64,000 nucleotides of DNA from Felis catus (GCF_018350175.1 NC_058368.1:153452001-153516000), one strand, 5' to 3'. Numbered from the stretch's first letter, positions 38,217 through 51,865 are shown. Made by a program: numbers and translations. The notes: generated from the sequence alone by a model not told the origin.

Positions 38217-39426
38217 TAATATACTTTTTGTTATACTATTTTATGGTATTAGGGCATGAGTAAAGATTCTTCTTTATCATCTTGGTTAATTCAATAAACT
38301 AGCACATATTGATTTAATGCTCATAATTATCACCTCTCGCAAATACCAGAGGATATAAATGTAGCCAGAAAATTATGAAGACTATTCAAAGAAAACTGTT
38401 TGTTTCTGAAAATCCAGTTTCAATAGGAGGACAAAAGGAGGTTTATATTCTCACATAAATAGAGCTCTAATGGAGAGCAAGTTTTCAATGAGCCTGCAGT
38501 AGGAAGCTACTATCATACAAAACTGATGGCATCTTTCGGAATCTGTTAAAAGCAACAACATAAGTAATAGAGGGAATTGGAAGTCTCTTCAGATATCCAT
38601 TCTGTCCAGTCATGAGGAAATCTCTGGGACATTAGGAATGGTAACGGTTTTGTTTTCAAGCAAAATAAACACTCTTCTCTGTTGCCAAACATTAGTCAGA
38701 AACCTAACAGGGAAAGAGTGAGGTGGAGAGAGAAAAACCAGAAAGAACTTATCTTTGCTGATGTAAAGAATGCTGAGTATAACTGCAGTATTAATTGCAG
38801 TAAAAAGGCACTAATTGGACTTGAATTTGGTGTTGAAAGCAGCAACTTTCTCTGTGATTTCTTAAACTCATATTTAAATGAAAATATGGTCACTCAAGAA
38901 AATGGTTTGATTAAAACTCTTCACTTTCGACATGGGTAATTACCACAATATATTTTTATTGCAGTCTCTTTGAATATTAGTTATCTATTTAATTTTATGA
39001 TGCCTGTCACTGACATACCTAACTGCCAGAAGTTGATATGGTGATACACTTATCATTAGTGCTTACTGATGTGTGAATTAAACATTGGTATAAAAGATGC
39101 TTCTCACAGTTATGGAAATGTTCATTAAATTGGTAAGTATAAAAACGCTTCTTTTGAGCAATTTTTAATTTAAGCAGTTATAAATATATTACACATAAGG
39201 GTATTCTGATTCATGTATTTCGGGATAGAGGGAAAAATGACTTTGGCAGGTTCCCTCTTAGAGTCATCAAATAGGTGTCTGTTTTTCTAATTAAGTATTT
39301 TGACACAAACTTTGAATGTAATAAGGTAATATTAAAAGACTGTTTACAGAAATATAACTCATAAAGCCACAGGATGATGAGCTGCCAAAAAGGGATAATT
39401 TTTAACCCTTTAAAAATTATGGTATA

Positions 39427-39641
39427 GGGGTGCCTGGGTGGCGCAGTCGGTTAAGCATCCGACTTCAGCCAGGTCACGATCGCGGTCTGTGAGTTCGAGC
39501 CCCGCGTCGGGCTCTGGGCTGATGGCTCGGAGCCTGGAGCCTGTTTCCGATTCTGTGTCTCCCTCTCTCTCTGCCCCTCCCCCTTCATGCTCTGTCTCTC
39601 TCTGTCCCAAAACTAAATAAACGTTGAAAAAAAATTAAAAA
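39427..39641 (+). mobile_element. Can-SINE, young felid subfamily
   Basis: Variants ggcgcagtcgg, tcagccaggtcacgat, ctctgggctgatggctcgg, ctgtttccgatt; many CpGs; perfect TSD aaaaattatggtata (39412-39426 / 39642-39656). Confidence 0.97.
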
Positions 39642-40989
39642 AAAAATTATGGTATAGAGAATGGGGGAGAGGTGGTAGTGCAGTTGTGTTTCCTGTTGGT
39701 GGGAGCACATGTGTCTTCACCAGTGAGGGCTGTGGCTTTGGGGAGAGGGAGAGAATGACCCGCACTAGGAGAGGATTTGAAACCATGATAATGAAGTCCA
39801 TTTTGAAAGTCACCAGAATGTTTAATCTAGAGAGAGAAAGGTATAGACGGATGTGTAGTCGTCTTAATTTTTTTTTTTTTTTCCCTGAGACAGACACTCT
39901 GGTTAGCTGATGTCTTTGCTATACTGGTTAGTAAAAATTCTGAATTTCACCACTGCCTCTGTCTACCACATGAGATTTCCCTCAAGTGTGTCTGAGGCTA
40001 TTATAATGAGGGAGATTTTTTTTTTTTCACAGAGCTACTAAAAGATCTGTCAATTGAAAGGATCCGTTCTCCATTAAAGGCAGGAGGGATTATGAATAAT
40101 GTTAATATATTTTTTCTGAATAGAAGTATACAGAAAAAATACTTAGAATATATACATATATTCCAGAAAAAATATGTTTTTGGAACGAGGAACTAAATGG
40201 AAGCAGGATTCACTAATAATTTGACAGTTATGTAAGGAGTAATGTATAAAACTTCTGTTGACTGGTGCCATATTTTCAATTTATTTAAAGAACTGTTGGT
40301 GTTCATTATAGACTGGCATTCTGGCTGTCCAGCGCCTACCTGCTCCTGCTCCTTAATACAACTTTGGTTGGATGGCATGTTTATTGGAAAACTACATAAT
40401 AAAATCAAGTAGAACTTAAATGCCTGGGATACAGACTCTTAAGTTCATCCTAACTCTAAAATGCTATAATAAAATATCAAAAGAAAAGATGGTATTTGGA
40501 TACCATGAAAATCAAAAACATCTTGATTGAAACTATTCAGCTAGCCAATTGATCTGTTTTTGTATGTGTCTTGAAATTAAGACAAAATGATTATAGCTAC
40601 AGACTAATTACCAGAAAGAACAGGCAGTAAAATTTATGCACTGTTCTTCCCATTTGGACTGTCTCTCAAAAGATTAGTATTAATCCTTGATTATAGAATC
40701 TTCCAAATGAAAATGATTGCATTTTTGACTTTTAGAATGAGATTTTTAAAAATTGTGAAGTTGATATCCAAGGTGGAGAACCAACATTTTCTTTTATTAT
40801 TAAAGTTACTTGTGATTTCTAATTAAGACAGAGGCAGTTTGCTGAAGATTGTGTGAAATGTAAATACGTAAATTTTATAGTCAGCCTTTCATTTTAAACC
40901 ATTAAACTATGTAAGTAATATTTTTTTTTTAAATAAAATTACTCCTTGTAAAATGTTCCAATCAAACCCATGGGGTAAATACTATACTC

Positions 40990-40991
<2 letters not shown>

Positions 40992-41025
<34 letters not shown>
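40992..41025. repeat. (TG)17 microsatellite
   Basis: Counted directly. Confidence 0.97.
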
Positions 41026-41028
<3 letters not shown>

Positions 41029-41269
41029 CTGTTAGTGGCCGTGGATTTGCTATGGTTCGCTCGTACCTTTTGCTGGCCTGATGTTGCAATGGGTCAACAA
41101 TTGGGATTGTCCTGTCATCTTGTCTTTGTTAATGCAGGGATCTCACTAGCTTAGGTCTTTAATATAATTCTCATTTAAGAACTTGGTCATGGCTCATGGT
41201 AATTATCCAAGAGCTAAAAAATTCAGTTTAAGACTTAGACTTGTTTGCTCTTCATTACCACATTAAGTA

Positions 41270-41860
41270 GGAAAACTGTGAAATATTAGAGATAAACTTA
41301 TAAAGAAGGAAGCTATACCTACATGAAGAAAACTATAAAATCTGTTGAAATCCTTTAACCAATCTGAAAGACAGCATTCTCTTGGCTGGGAAGACTCAAT
41401 AATATAAAATGTCAGTAATACCAGATTCATACATACACTTGATACAACTCCAGCTAGAATCCCAATATTTTTAAAACACTTTGGACAAAATTATACCATT
41501 TAAATGTGAAAGAATGAACAACATGGTTAGCCAAAAATGTTAGTAAAAGATGAACAGTGGGAATAAATTTGTTTTAACAGATATTAAAATATTAATATAT
41601 TATTAATAAACAATACGGTATTAGTATAGTACCAGAAATATATACTGGAAGGAAAAAAAAGAAGCTCAAGTTAGTATATAAGGGATTTAATATATGGAAA
41701 TTTTATGGGAACAAATTTTTTATGTAGTAAGTAGTTTTCATACAATTAGCTATTCATTTGGAAGAGTGTAAAAATGGGCTCTTTATTCCTTTTATCATAT
41801 ACAAGATACAAAACCCAACAGGAGTAAGGATTTATGCATTACAAATTCATTGAAATAAGT
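41270..41860 (+). mobile_element. Old L1M ORF2 relic
   Basis: catgaagaaaactataaaa, ttggctgggaagactcaataatataaaatgtca, cagatattaaaata; very decayed. Confidence 0.65.
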
Positions 41861-41895
41861 TAATTTTCTACCTTCTACCAGTTAAGTTGGTGAGA

Positions 41896-41993
41896 TTTCC
41901 TTCTTCCCTCCCTTCTTTTCTTCTCTTTTCTTTTCCTTTTCTCTTTTCCTTTATTTTCATTTCTTTCCTTTTTCCTTCCTTCCTTCTTCCTTT

Positions 41994-42057
<64 letters not shown>

Positions 42058-42169
42058 TCATTCATTCATTCTGCCTTCCTGCCTTCCTTCCTCCCTTCCC
42101 TTCCCTTCCCTTCCCTTCCCTTCCCTTCCCTTCCCTTCCCTTCCCTTCCCTTCCCTTCTTCCTCTTTTT
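41896..42169. repeat. ~270-bp pyrimidine-rich compound repeat including (TTTC)17 at 41992-42059 and (TTCCC)12 at 42096-42155
   Basis: Counted directly; lies against an L1 3' end. Confidence 0.95.
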
Positions 42170-42296
42170 AAAATTTAAATTCCATTTAGTTAACATACAG
42201 TATAATATAAGTTTCAGGTGTACAATATGGTGATTCAACACTTCCATATAATATCCAGTGCCCATTACAAGTGCACTCCTTAATCCCCATCACTTA
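42165..42296 (-). mobile_element. Carnivore L1 3' terminal fragment
   Basis: ttagttaacatacagt...tttcaggtgtacaatatggtgattcaaca...ctccttaatccccatcac. Confidence 0.8.
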
Positions 42297-42429
42297 TAGG
42301 GTTGTCCTAGCAACCCTACTGAACTTGTTTAATAACAACTGTTAATCACTGCATGAAAATTTCTGTTCTACACTACATTAATGGTTTGAAAATCTGGGGA
42401 CTCTTTTCTTATTTTTCTCTGATCCTGTC

Positions 42430-42915
42430 TTGATTTGGCCCATCTACCAGTCTTCTTCATTTCCTACCCCTGTGATGCTGGTGGTTTTCTTGTCTTATGC
42501 CAAGCTTTTTCTTGCCTTAAGATTTGCCTTTAGGTTTTCTTCAACCCAAAGTTCTCTGTCCTGGCTCCTTCATACCTTCCTTCTCTCAGCTCAAATGTCA
42601 TATCCTCAGAGATCTTTTCTGACCATCTACTCCAAAGTACTCCAAACTCCACTCCTGTCTCTATTCTTTTATTTGACTTATTTTCATAGCATTTATCATT
42701 ACATGGAATTATCTTTCTCATTTGTTTGCTTGCTTGTTCTATGGCTCCCCTTAATCTTGTTGTCCTCCTCTCTCACTAGTATGTGAAGTCTAAGAAAGAA
42801 GATTTTTTTTTGGGGGGGGGTTAGCTTATTTCAGTTATTGCTGTATTCTCAGAGTATGGCAAATGCCTGGTGCATCATAGACATTCAATAGTTTTTTTGT
42901 TGAATGAATGAATGA
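42430..42915 (+). mobile_element. L2 3' end fragment
   Basis: ctcagctcaaatgtca, ttttcatagcatttatcatt, atgcctggtgcatcatagacattcaata...tgaatgaatgaatga. Confidence 0.8.
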
Positions 42916-43519
42916 GCTCTCATATTCCTCTCCCCATCAGCATTGGGTGGGCCTTGGGCAACCAGCTCAACCCAGGAGCTCTTGATCCTGCCCACTGGGA
43001 ACTACAATAACAGCACCTGGTCTGGCTGGTGGACATGGTAACAGTGTGGAGCTTTAACAAGTTTAAAAAAGCTCAACTCACTCTGCTATTAAATGGAAAT
43101 ATTGGAATCTTAGACTTATTAATATTTTTGTGCTTAAAATCTGTGTTTATGCTTCAACAAGCCAGAATTGGAATGACTGGGCACCAAAATGAAACATTTT
43201 ATTTTAAATTATTTTAATTACTTTGCCAAATGGAATAAGGTTTAAAAAATTTAAAGACAAGCACTTTCATTAGCTTAATCTATAGGCAGAATATCTGCTT
43301 TCTCTTATTTAAATACGTATTGCAGCTTAAATAATGGAATCAGTTGTTAACCTTAACTTATTTATTGTCATACAGGTCACTTTCTCTGTAAATGCATAGC
43401 ATTATAAGTTCCAGAGGAAGCAATGTGGGATTCAAGATTCTACAAGGAGAATCAAGGAGAGTTGCCTGTAATAAATTTGGACATTTTTCGTTCTTTAAAA
43501 CTATGTAAGTTTTAGACTT

Positions 43520-43958
43520 CTTAAGCTCATCCATATCATATTTTTCTCCTTCCAGGCACACAGAAGGATTATGTTTTCCCTCAGCCTTGCAATTGGGAAG
43601 GGCCATGTAACTAGTTCTGGCCAATGGGCTATGAGCACAAGAGACTTGTAATTTTGTCATGTAATCACTGGCTCGGGACCTGCAGCTCTCTCTTTCCCTT
43701 CCGTGGCGTCTCAGGAGGCTACACATTCCAGATGGTGCACACATAAGATGGGAGAACCTCTATAAACCGGGCTCCCTCAGTGACTCTCTGGTGACCTATG
43801 TGGAGTCTGTAGCATGGGTCCCTGAGTCACTGAGTCCCTAAATGACTGTCTGTGGATCTGTTTGGGAAACATAGCATGAGCCAGAAATTATAGTTTTGTC
43901 CACTGAGATTTGGTGGTTGATTGTTACTGCATTGTAGCCAATCCTAAATGCATAATAT
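43520..43958 (+). mobile_element. MaLR LTR (MLT1H/I/J-like)
   Basis: cagccttgcaattgggaagggccatgtaactagttctggccaatggg...gcatgagccagaaatta...ccactgagatttggtggttgattgttactgca. Confidence 0.75.
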
Positions 43959-46900
43959 AGTTGAGGAGTAGGAGCTGGGGTTGATTTTTATTAGCTTATA
44001 TCGAGTTGAAAAGATTTATAAATATTAATAAAATCACTTTAAACTACCTTGCCATTTTTTTTTAAAGAACAAAGAAATTTGTGCAATGTATGCTTGCATT
44101 TAATAAAGGGGAATACTTTGTGTATTCCGGATTTTTCATGGTTGTATGGAAGGAATGATCATGTACTGAGGTATGTTGTTTTGGTATTACAGATGCCTTG
44201 ATCATATGTGGATACAGAGGGGAAAACTCCAGGTCTTCTGTGATTTTATTTCACAACGCCATCTTTTATTTGCACTTAAAAGTAGCTGCAGCTACTAACA
44301 CTTAAGATATTTTTTTCAGCTTTCATTGCCATGTAAATTAGCATTTTTATTACCACAAATTATTCTTGTTTGCTAATTCCAAAGATGTCCAAAAGCAAGA
44401 ACAGCTTCCCGAGCTGTTAGACTTTGGAAGAGAATAGTAAATCAACGGGTAGATAGGACCATATATCATATTAAACACAGGGAATTCACCACAAAATCAT
44501 TACACTAAAAAGCGACAATTTTGATTGATTAAAATGGTATGGGCTGGATAGTGTTAAATCACTATGAGTGATATGACATTATAATTTTACATAGCATATT
44601 TCTGCCAAGACAATGAAGGTAAAAGGCATTGTCATCAGATGATAACAGACAATAAGAAGAATCCTGATGTTAGATTTATTACCTGGTTTAGATTTAGAAA
44701 GAAGTAATTCTTGTCCTGTTCCACTTATCAAATGACTGTAAATTCAGTGATGATGTAAAATTCTAAGGCAGAGCCACTTATAGGTTTGACAAAGTGCCAG
44801 CTATAAAGTATTTATTGTTCTCAGTGGTTCTGCCTTACACACTTAAATATTTATCAGAAACATAAGCCCCTCTGATAAATGTTTCTGATCTTTGTGGCTA
44901 GATTTTTTTTAACATTTAGGTTTTTCATCAGAAGCCATGTCTATATTTTTATTATCTTAATAACTTTGAGCTTATAATTTGAAAAGGCAATATGTGAGTT
45001 TAAAAATTTTATTTCCTTTAACTTTTGCTTTTAAATGTAACATTTTTGAGGCAGTATTCTAAGTTATAGATGAAGACTTCCTTATTTTGCCATTGCTATA
45101 GAGATGGCTCAGCCAAATTTTCTGAATTTTATCCTGATGTATATACCAGATGAGAATTACATTGATGATGGTCTAGGTGTAGTCAGAGAAAATTTATAGC
45201 ATCCAGGTATATTAGGTAATTGTTTTAACGCCACCTGTCTCCATATTTTGTTTCTGAAGGACACAGGCACAGCCAGTTTCTTATGCCCGGCATAGGGGAG
45301 ACCTTGTTTGGGAGCACGGCTGAACTGGACCAGGGATTAGCACCTGCAGCAGAGAAAGGCAGCACTCTCCTGGCTAGTGATCTGTGTGGAGGTATGTCAG
45401 GCATGAGAACCTCAGGAAAGAGAGATATTCTGCCTAAGAGATAGGAGACTGGACCTTGTTAGACTTTCTGAAGGCATTCAAAGGTGAGATGCACAAATGG
45501 TAAAGCAACTCAGAAGCATAGAGACTCCCAAAAGGAAAGCGATTAGTAGACTCTATAATGTTGCCAAAGCTGCCATATGCAAAAGCCAACCACTGAAATA
45601 AGAACAAAGTCATTGAGCAGTAGATATTACAGAAGCTGAAATAGAAAGTAGTGGAGCCATCAGGAATTTAGAACTTGACATTTCAGAAGACTAAAAGTGG
45701 GCTGGGTTGCTACAGTAAAGCTGTTGAGATTATTATTATTAGTTATTCTTCATACGGCAAACTAACTTCAACTATATTAAATTGGGCTTCTCACTCTTCC
45801 TCCAACTTCAAAAAATCTAACACAGCTAAGAAAATATAATAAATTTATAAGATCACAGAATTTCAGCTCTAGAGGGGAATTTAGAGATGTCTTACCAAAA
45901 TGTTTTTCTATTTATTTTTACCATGAAGATTTCAGCACAAGAGAGGATAATAACAAAGTCCCTTGTTTTGCTCTACCGGCTAATCAGACACTGTGATCAT
46001 AATTTCTTAAGGCCATATACATATTTTAAGTGATTGTTTCTTCCAACCCTGGTACAAAGTAGGAGCTCAATAAGTGCTTTTTGAAGAGCAAGTCAGCAAA
46101 ATCTTATGGCATTTGAGAGTTTTGATTTGATTGCAGAGCTGGTTAGTTCTAAATAGTTAAAAGAAGGGATATGGTGAAAAAAAAGAGGGAATAGACTTTT
46201 ATTTGCCCCTGGCTACTCTATTTTGCTGAAACTTTCTCTTCTGCACCCCACCCATAAGGCTCTCAGACTCATGCTTAAATAAAGGGGTTATTAGCCTTGT
46301 TATCTGATTAAGGAGGTTTTATATCCATCAAAATTGGTCCTGGAAAATTCATTGCAGAAGGCTAGCATTTGGGGTTCAAAATTGCATGGGCAATGGGGCA
46401 CTGACAGCATCCAAGTAATTTACAGTTAGGTATGCACATTTGCCTAGATTCATGGATTAAAAGTGAAAAAGGTTTTATGTTTGGAACATTTTCTGATTCA
46501 AGGATAAGGAAGGTTAGTGTGAAGCTAGGTTCTCTGACCCTCTGATGATTTACATGGAGCTTTCTGTATCAGTGTCATTTTCTTGAATATCAAAGGCTAA
46601 AGAGTATTTTGAATAAATCAAATCTTAAAAGAAGTCTCTGAGAAATATTACATATCTGTTGAGCAGGTTAAGAAGGAGACAATTAGTTGAAGCCAGGGAC
46701 ACTTCTTCAATTTTAGCCACCTCTGAAGGACCAACAGTGAGAGCGATCAAAGTCACACCTGCCACTTTGTTTTAACTTTCGGTTTTGTTTTCCCTTGAGA
46801 TAAAGCCTTCAGAGCGAGAATAAACAATTCTGCAAAATAACATGTAGCAAAGAAAGAATTCTATTTCTGATCTTCATCTGGGGTTCATCTTAGGAGTTAC

Positions 46901-47225
46901 AAAAATAAATCCTTATTTTTGGACAAATTCTGAATTGTGGTCTGTATTGGAGGGTTGTGTTCCTTTTGATAAGAAGCTTTCCTAGTCCACATTTCATACA
47001 AAAGGACTGCTGAGAATTGAGATGACTTATGACACATTATTAAGGACTTGGGTTTAGCATAGAGAAAAACCCAGCCATTTCCATACTGCTCTGCCTTGGA
47101 GAAGCGGGAAATACTCCAGGTCAAGGGCATATGCAAGGGCAAATTCTATTCGTTCACAAAATTATTTTACTCACAGTACCAGATGGGGTTGTTTGGATTC
47201 TGTATGACACAGCAGTCCTTCCTTA

Positions 47226-47545
47226 TTTACTTTTTATTTTTTAAGTTTTTATTTATTTACTTATTTATTATTTTTAAAATTTAATTATTTTTTATTTACA
47301 TCCAAGTTAGCATATAGTGCAACAATGATTTTGGGAGTAGGTTCCTTCATGCCCTTACCCATTTAGCCCATCCCCCCTCCCACAACCCCTCCAGTAACCC
47401 TCTGTTTGTTCTCCATATTTATGAGTATCTTCTGTTTTGTCCCCCTCCCTGTTTTTATATTATTTTTGCTTCTCTTCCCTTATGTTCATCTGTTTTGTAT
47501 CTTAAAGTCCTCATATGAGTGAAGTCATATATTTGTCTTTCTCTG
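47226..47545 (-). mobile_element. Carnivore/felid L1 3' UTR-only insertion
   Basis: Nearly colinear with the 3' UTR of the L1 starting at 62844; 15-bp TSD agcagtccttc(c/t)tta (47211-47225 / 47546-47560). Confidence 0.92.
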
Positions 47546-48229
47546 AGCAGTCCTTCTTTAAATTCTAGAACAAAATAAATCCTAAAGAAGGCAAAGTCAA
47601 GAAAAGTTTGGAGTCCTTATTTGTGTGAGATGAAAGAAAGAATAAGAGAGTTAGCTGATGATCCTGTAACTATGTGAACTTTGTATCATGCACTGTGTAC
47701 AAAAACAATTTCAGATGTTGAGATGTGTATGCTAAAGGAGATCTTAAAATTGCCCTTCCAATGTTCAGGATTGCTAGCATTTGTGAGGGAAGTCTTATGC
47801 CTTCCCAAGGAGATAAATAAGATCATCTTAATATGCTCATAATTTTTTATGAGCCAGACCTTTGTTTTAAGAATCAGTTCTAAAGGACTCTGGGGACTTT
47901 GGCTATCTTATCCTAACTTAAAAGAAGTCTGGAATTTGAAAAAGGCTCTTTCTAGTTTGATAAATTCTCATTCTGCATTAGCTGAGGAAGTTTTCATTCT
48001 CCTTGACCTAGGGTTATTCTTGAGTGTTGGGGGACCGACTTACATGCTGTATGAAGCTTCTTGAGAGGATGTTAGTATTCACACAAGATGTGGGCTATGA
48101 TTTGAGACCTTCCCCAGTTCCAACAGTCAACAGTACAGGGCAAATAGGATTGGTGAATACTGAAATTCGAACTAAAAATTGCCTCTTTAATTGCTTACTT
48201 ATGTGGATGCTTGATATCCATTAATTGTT

Positions 48230-48549
48230 GCTTTTAAAAATTGAGACTATATCCATACATCAATCCACCCTATATGTTTTGATGCATTTCAAAATTAAAT
48301 TTTCTGGTATAGATTCCAATCAGTATCCCTCATCAACCAAGCACTTTAACATAATGCATGCTAGAATTTAGTATTTGTTTTTTTTTTCAGTTATGATTAA
48401 AGATAGTGGAATTCTCTTCTGAAGTTTACGATTTGATGATTTTGGCAAATGTATACTCCCTTGTAACCCCAGCAGAAATTTCCTTTGCACCCTTTCCCAG
48501 GCAATCCCTGCTTGTACCCCGCTGTTCTGATTTTTTTTAGATGTTTACT

Positions 48550-48590
<41 letters not shown>

Positions 48591-49060
48591 AAGAGCATGG
48601 TAGAGGGGCAGAGGGGGGACAGAGGATCTGAAGTGGGCTCTGTGCTGAAGTTGGACGCTTGACTGACTGAGCCACCCAGGCTCACCCAAGCCACCCACCT
48701 TGTTCTGATTTTTGTCAGGATGGATTAATTGTGTTGTTCTAGAACTTCATAAAAATGGCATCATTCATATCTACACTCTTTGTAAGATTTTCACTGAGCA
48801 TGTTTTTGAGACTTCATCATATTGTTGTAAGTATCTGTGGCTCATTTATTTTTATTGTTGAGTACTACCTCAAATGTAATGACTAATTTGTTTGTCCTTT
48901 GTTGAAGGACACCTGTTTCCAGTTTTTGACCATTATGAATGAAGTCGCTACAAGTCTTTGTGTGGTTGTATGTTTTCATTTCTCTTGCATATATACTATG
49001 GAGTGGAATGGCTGGCTGGTCATAGCAAAGGTGCATATTTAGTTTTATAAACATTTTCCT
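48230..49060 (-). mobile_element. Old L1M 3' region, interrupted by a SINE
   Basis: gttctagaacttcataaaaatggcatcat, ttcactgagcatgtttttgagacttcatc, gtttccagtttttgaccattatgaat, gagtggaatggctgg. Confidence 0.75.
48536..48700 (-). mobile_element. Can-SINE with an internal deletion
   Basis: TSD tgttctgattttt (48523-48535 / 48701-48713); central region missing. Confidence 0.9.
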
Positions 49061-50249
49061 GAGTGAAAGGGAATGATATTTTTCCTAATTGTCACTGTAG
49101 ACTCCCATCTGTAATGATTTTAATGTTTTAATTCTCCTATGCCACATTCTATTCTGAAGACGAGTATAGGAATATTGTTTTCATCATAGTATAACAATCC
49201 AGGGCTGAGCTGGGGATAGGGTCAGGAAGCAAGTGTTCTGAGTTAATTCAGAGCCCTCTGTGCATTACTGTAGTCACTTCTGGATGGGTGGGAAGGTAGC
49301 TGTATTATACTACTGTGAAATAGTTGACAGACTAAGCTCTATCCTATACAAAATGTATTAGAAGAGGCTAAACATAATGTATAGTAATGGTGTCAGTGTT
49401 TTCACTAAATTTGTAAGACTTATTGAAGACATTAGTAGCTATACGTGTAGAAAACTATAGACCCAGTTCTATAGGTTAAGTTCATACACCTTGGATTTCT
49501 ACTACTTAGGTTCAGTGTATACTTTGTTCTTCATTGAGTTCATGCTAGTCCTCTATAAACGTCTAAACAGAACCCTGATTTATACGTTTGTCGATTTTTT
49601 AACCATAGAAACTGGCTAATATATGGTAAGATTTGAGCCATGGCATGTCTAATGTATATTATTTTATACATAGGAAAAAACCTTCTAAACATGATGCATG
49701 CCTATGAAGTTTTCACAAGTTAGAAAATAATATATATTTTTCTAATTTCTCTTGATTGAAAATATGATCATTGGAATTTTCTAGATGTAAATTTTTAATG
49801 ACCTTACTTATACTTACCTAAGTTATTTCCCACTTTCCCCATTGACTTTTTAACTCTAGGATTCTTTTTTACCAGGGCTATTCTGAAAGGATCTTTGTGA
49901 TAATCCAGGAGACTGTCCCTATTTTAAGGTCAGCTGATGAGCAAATCACTTCCATCAGCAACTTTGCACCGTTAAGAGCAGAAACTTCAAACACTGGGTC
50001 TGTCATTTTCTAGGGTGTCCTTTAGTATATCCCGTTTTGTCCTGGACAGATTGCAAAAGGAATCCTCCACTGGGTGGGACAATTAGAAAGTGATGCCAGG
50101 ATGCACAGGTTGTTTGGGAAATAAAGGACAGATTTCAGCACCACCTCCCCAGGGTATAGCCTGTACACGGCAGCCTCCTGGCATTTTCTATAGACTGACT
50201 CCCATGTTTCTCACCTCTGCCTTAGACTTTATTTGTTCCATACTCTGAG

Positions 50250-50263
50250 CCACCAGAGGGAGA
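50250..50263 (+). promoter_or_regulatory. CTCF-like core motif
   Basis: CCACCAGAGGGAGA versus consensus CCASYAGRKGGCRS; motif match only. Confidence 0.35.
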
Positions 50264-51061
50264 CCTGTGTCTTTTGAAGTTCCCAAGGGCCTAGTCTAGC
50301 ATTGAGAACAGAATAAACCCTCTGGACCCTGTTCTGCTGAGATCTGTGGGTGGCAATACAAAACTACTATCTTTAAACAAAATTTAAGCATTTTTAAATA
50401 AAAATTTACAGATTTAAAAGCCATTACAAGCAATCTTAGTTTATGGTAATTAAAAAATAAATGAGGCTTCAATATTCTATGAGGAATCAAGGCCAAGTGC
50501 CCTGTTATCATCTGTGTAGGCCTAAGGAACCCAGACATGGCCAGGAACCTTTGGAGGAAGAATTTCTCTGTATCCCCATTAACTCTGACTTCCAGTTTCC
50601 CTGAATAAAGTAAGTGTCTGACATTTTATGAAGACAAATTTTCTTGATAGGGTTCACTCAAAGTAGGATTTCTCTGCTTTTCGCTTTATTAAGCTTCCTG
50701 GACACTTTGAGGATGAGAGTTCTAGACGTCTTGTAGTCATTTTGTTATTCCACAGCTGCTCCTAAAACCAGACATATTAAGGAATGTGTCGAGGCACAAT
50801 GTCTAGGACACGTTGTTGAAAGTACAAAAAGGAATTTGGAAAGAAGTTTTAGGACACTAATGACAAACATCATGTGTTTCCCAACTTTTCTTGGGGCTGT
50901 TTTTAAATGGAAAGTTGTGATAGTTTGTAGCAATTCCTCATGTGTCACTCTATTAAATACTCTTCCATTTGTCATGGGACAATAGTTACCTCTATAGGTA
51001 AGAACATCTGCCTTCCTGGAACTGAAGGTTTGAAGCATTAGACCAGCTGAACTAATTCAGG

Positions 51062-51068
<7 letters not shown>

Positions 51069-51096
<28 letters not shown>
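51069..51096. repeat. (TG)14 microsatellite
   Basis: Counted directly. Confidence 0.97.
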
Positions 51097-51865
51097 ATAA
51101 TAATAGACCTTAAAGAACCTTTAATGATGAGATCCTAAAATTGTTAAAGGTTCTTTTGGATCTGTGAAAAAAGTTCAATTCAAATTACTTGGAGCAGGAA
51201 GGAAATGTCATAGCTCTTACAGCTGGAATAGCTCACATGCCTGAAGGAATAGCGAAAGGAACTAGAACCCCACATCCTGGAATGGGTCTTAGAACCTCTG
51301 GACTCTCTTTTCCTACCCAGCTTTTATCTCTGCTGGTCTCTGATAGGCTTTGTTCTGCATAGAAACCCTTTTCAAATAATGGAGAAGACGCCCGCTGGCA
51401 GCCCCAGAGTCCTACCTCCTAGACTTAGCCTAGTAAGAACCCCTTTCTGCCAGTCCAGTTCTAAGAAAGGACTCTGGTCTTCCTTACATCCTGCTTAAAT
51501 GCTGGCACCAAAACCTTTTCTCTTGCCAGAGCGAGGGGGCACTACAGTGTGACAGGTTATAATTGTTAGAATTCAGAGAGGCTGGGAATAGGGTGAGGAG
51601 AGCAAGGCAGGGTCATGCAATTACAGGGACAGATACTGTCTTTCTTCAAAATCATCGTACTTTGTTCAAAAGTCTGGGGCAAGCGGAAAATAGAAGAGTA
51701 AAAGTCATGGATGCAACTTGGTAGGGTTTAAAAAGGCTAATTTGATACTCTTCCTTTGCCTGAGTTTAGTTGAGAGCTCGATACTGGGTAGAAAGTACAG
51801 ACTTAAAAACATTGCTTCCCCCCTCACCCCCAACTCCAGATGAAGCTTTTGGAGAAAGTGGTTTA

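Noticed and set aside
39100..39140. 23-nt microexon-like AG...G|GTAAGT (39110-39132), and other isolated donor-like sites near 5735, 20702 and 50998
   Set aside because: Poor pyrimidine tract or location within old repeats; within chance expectation
45100..45720. Purine-rich segment that may be an ancient LTR (likewise ~1230-1640 and ~51240-51560)
   Set aside because: I could not assign a family or boundaries reliably without a Dfam search
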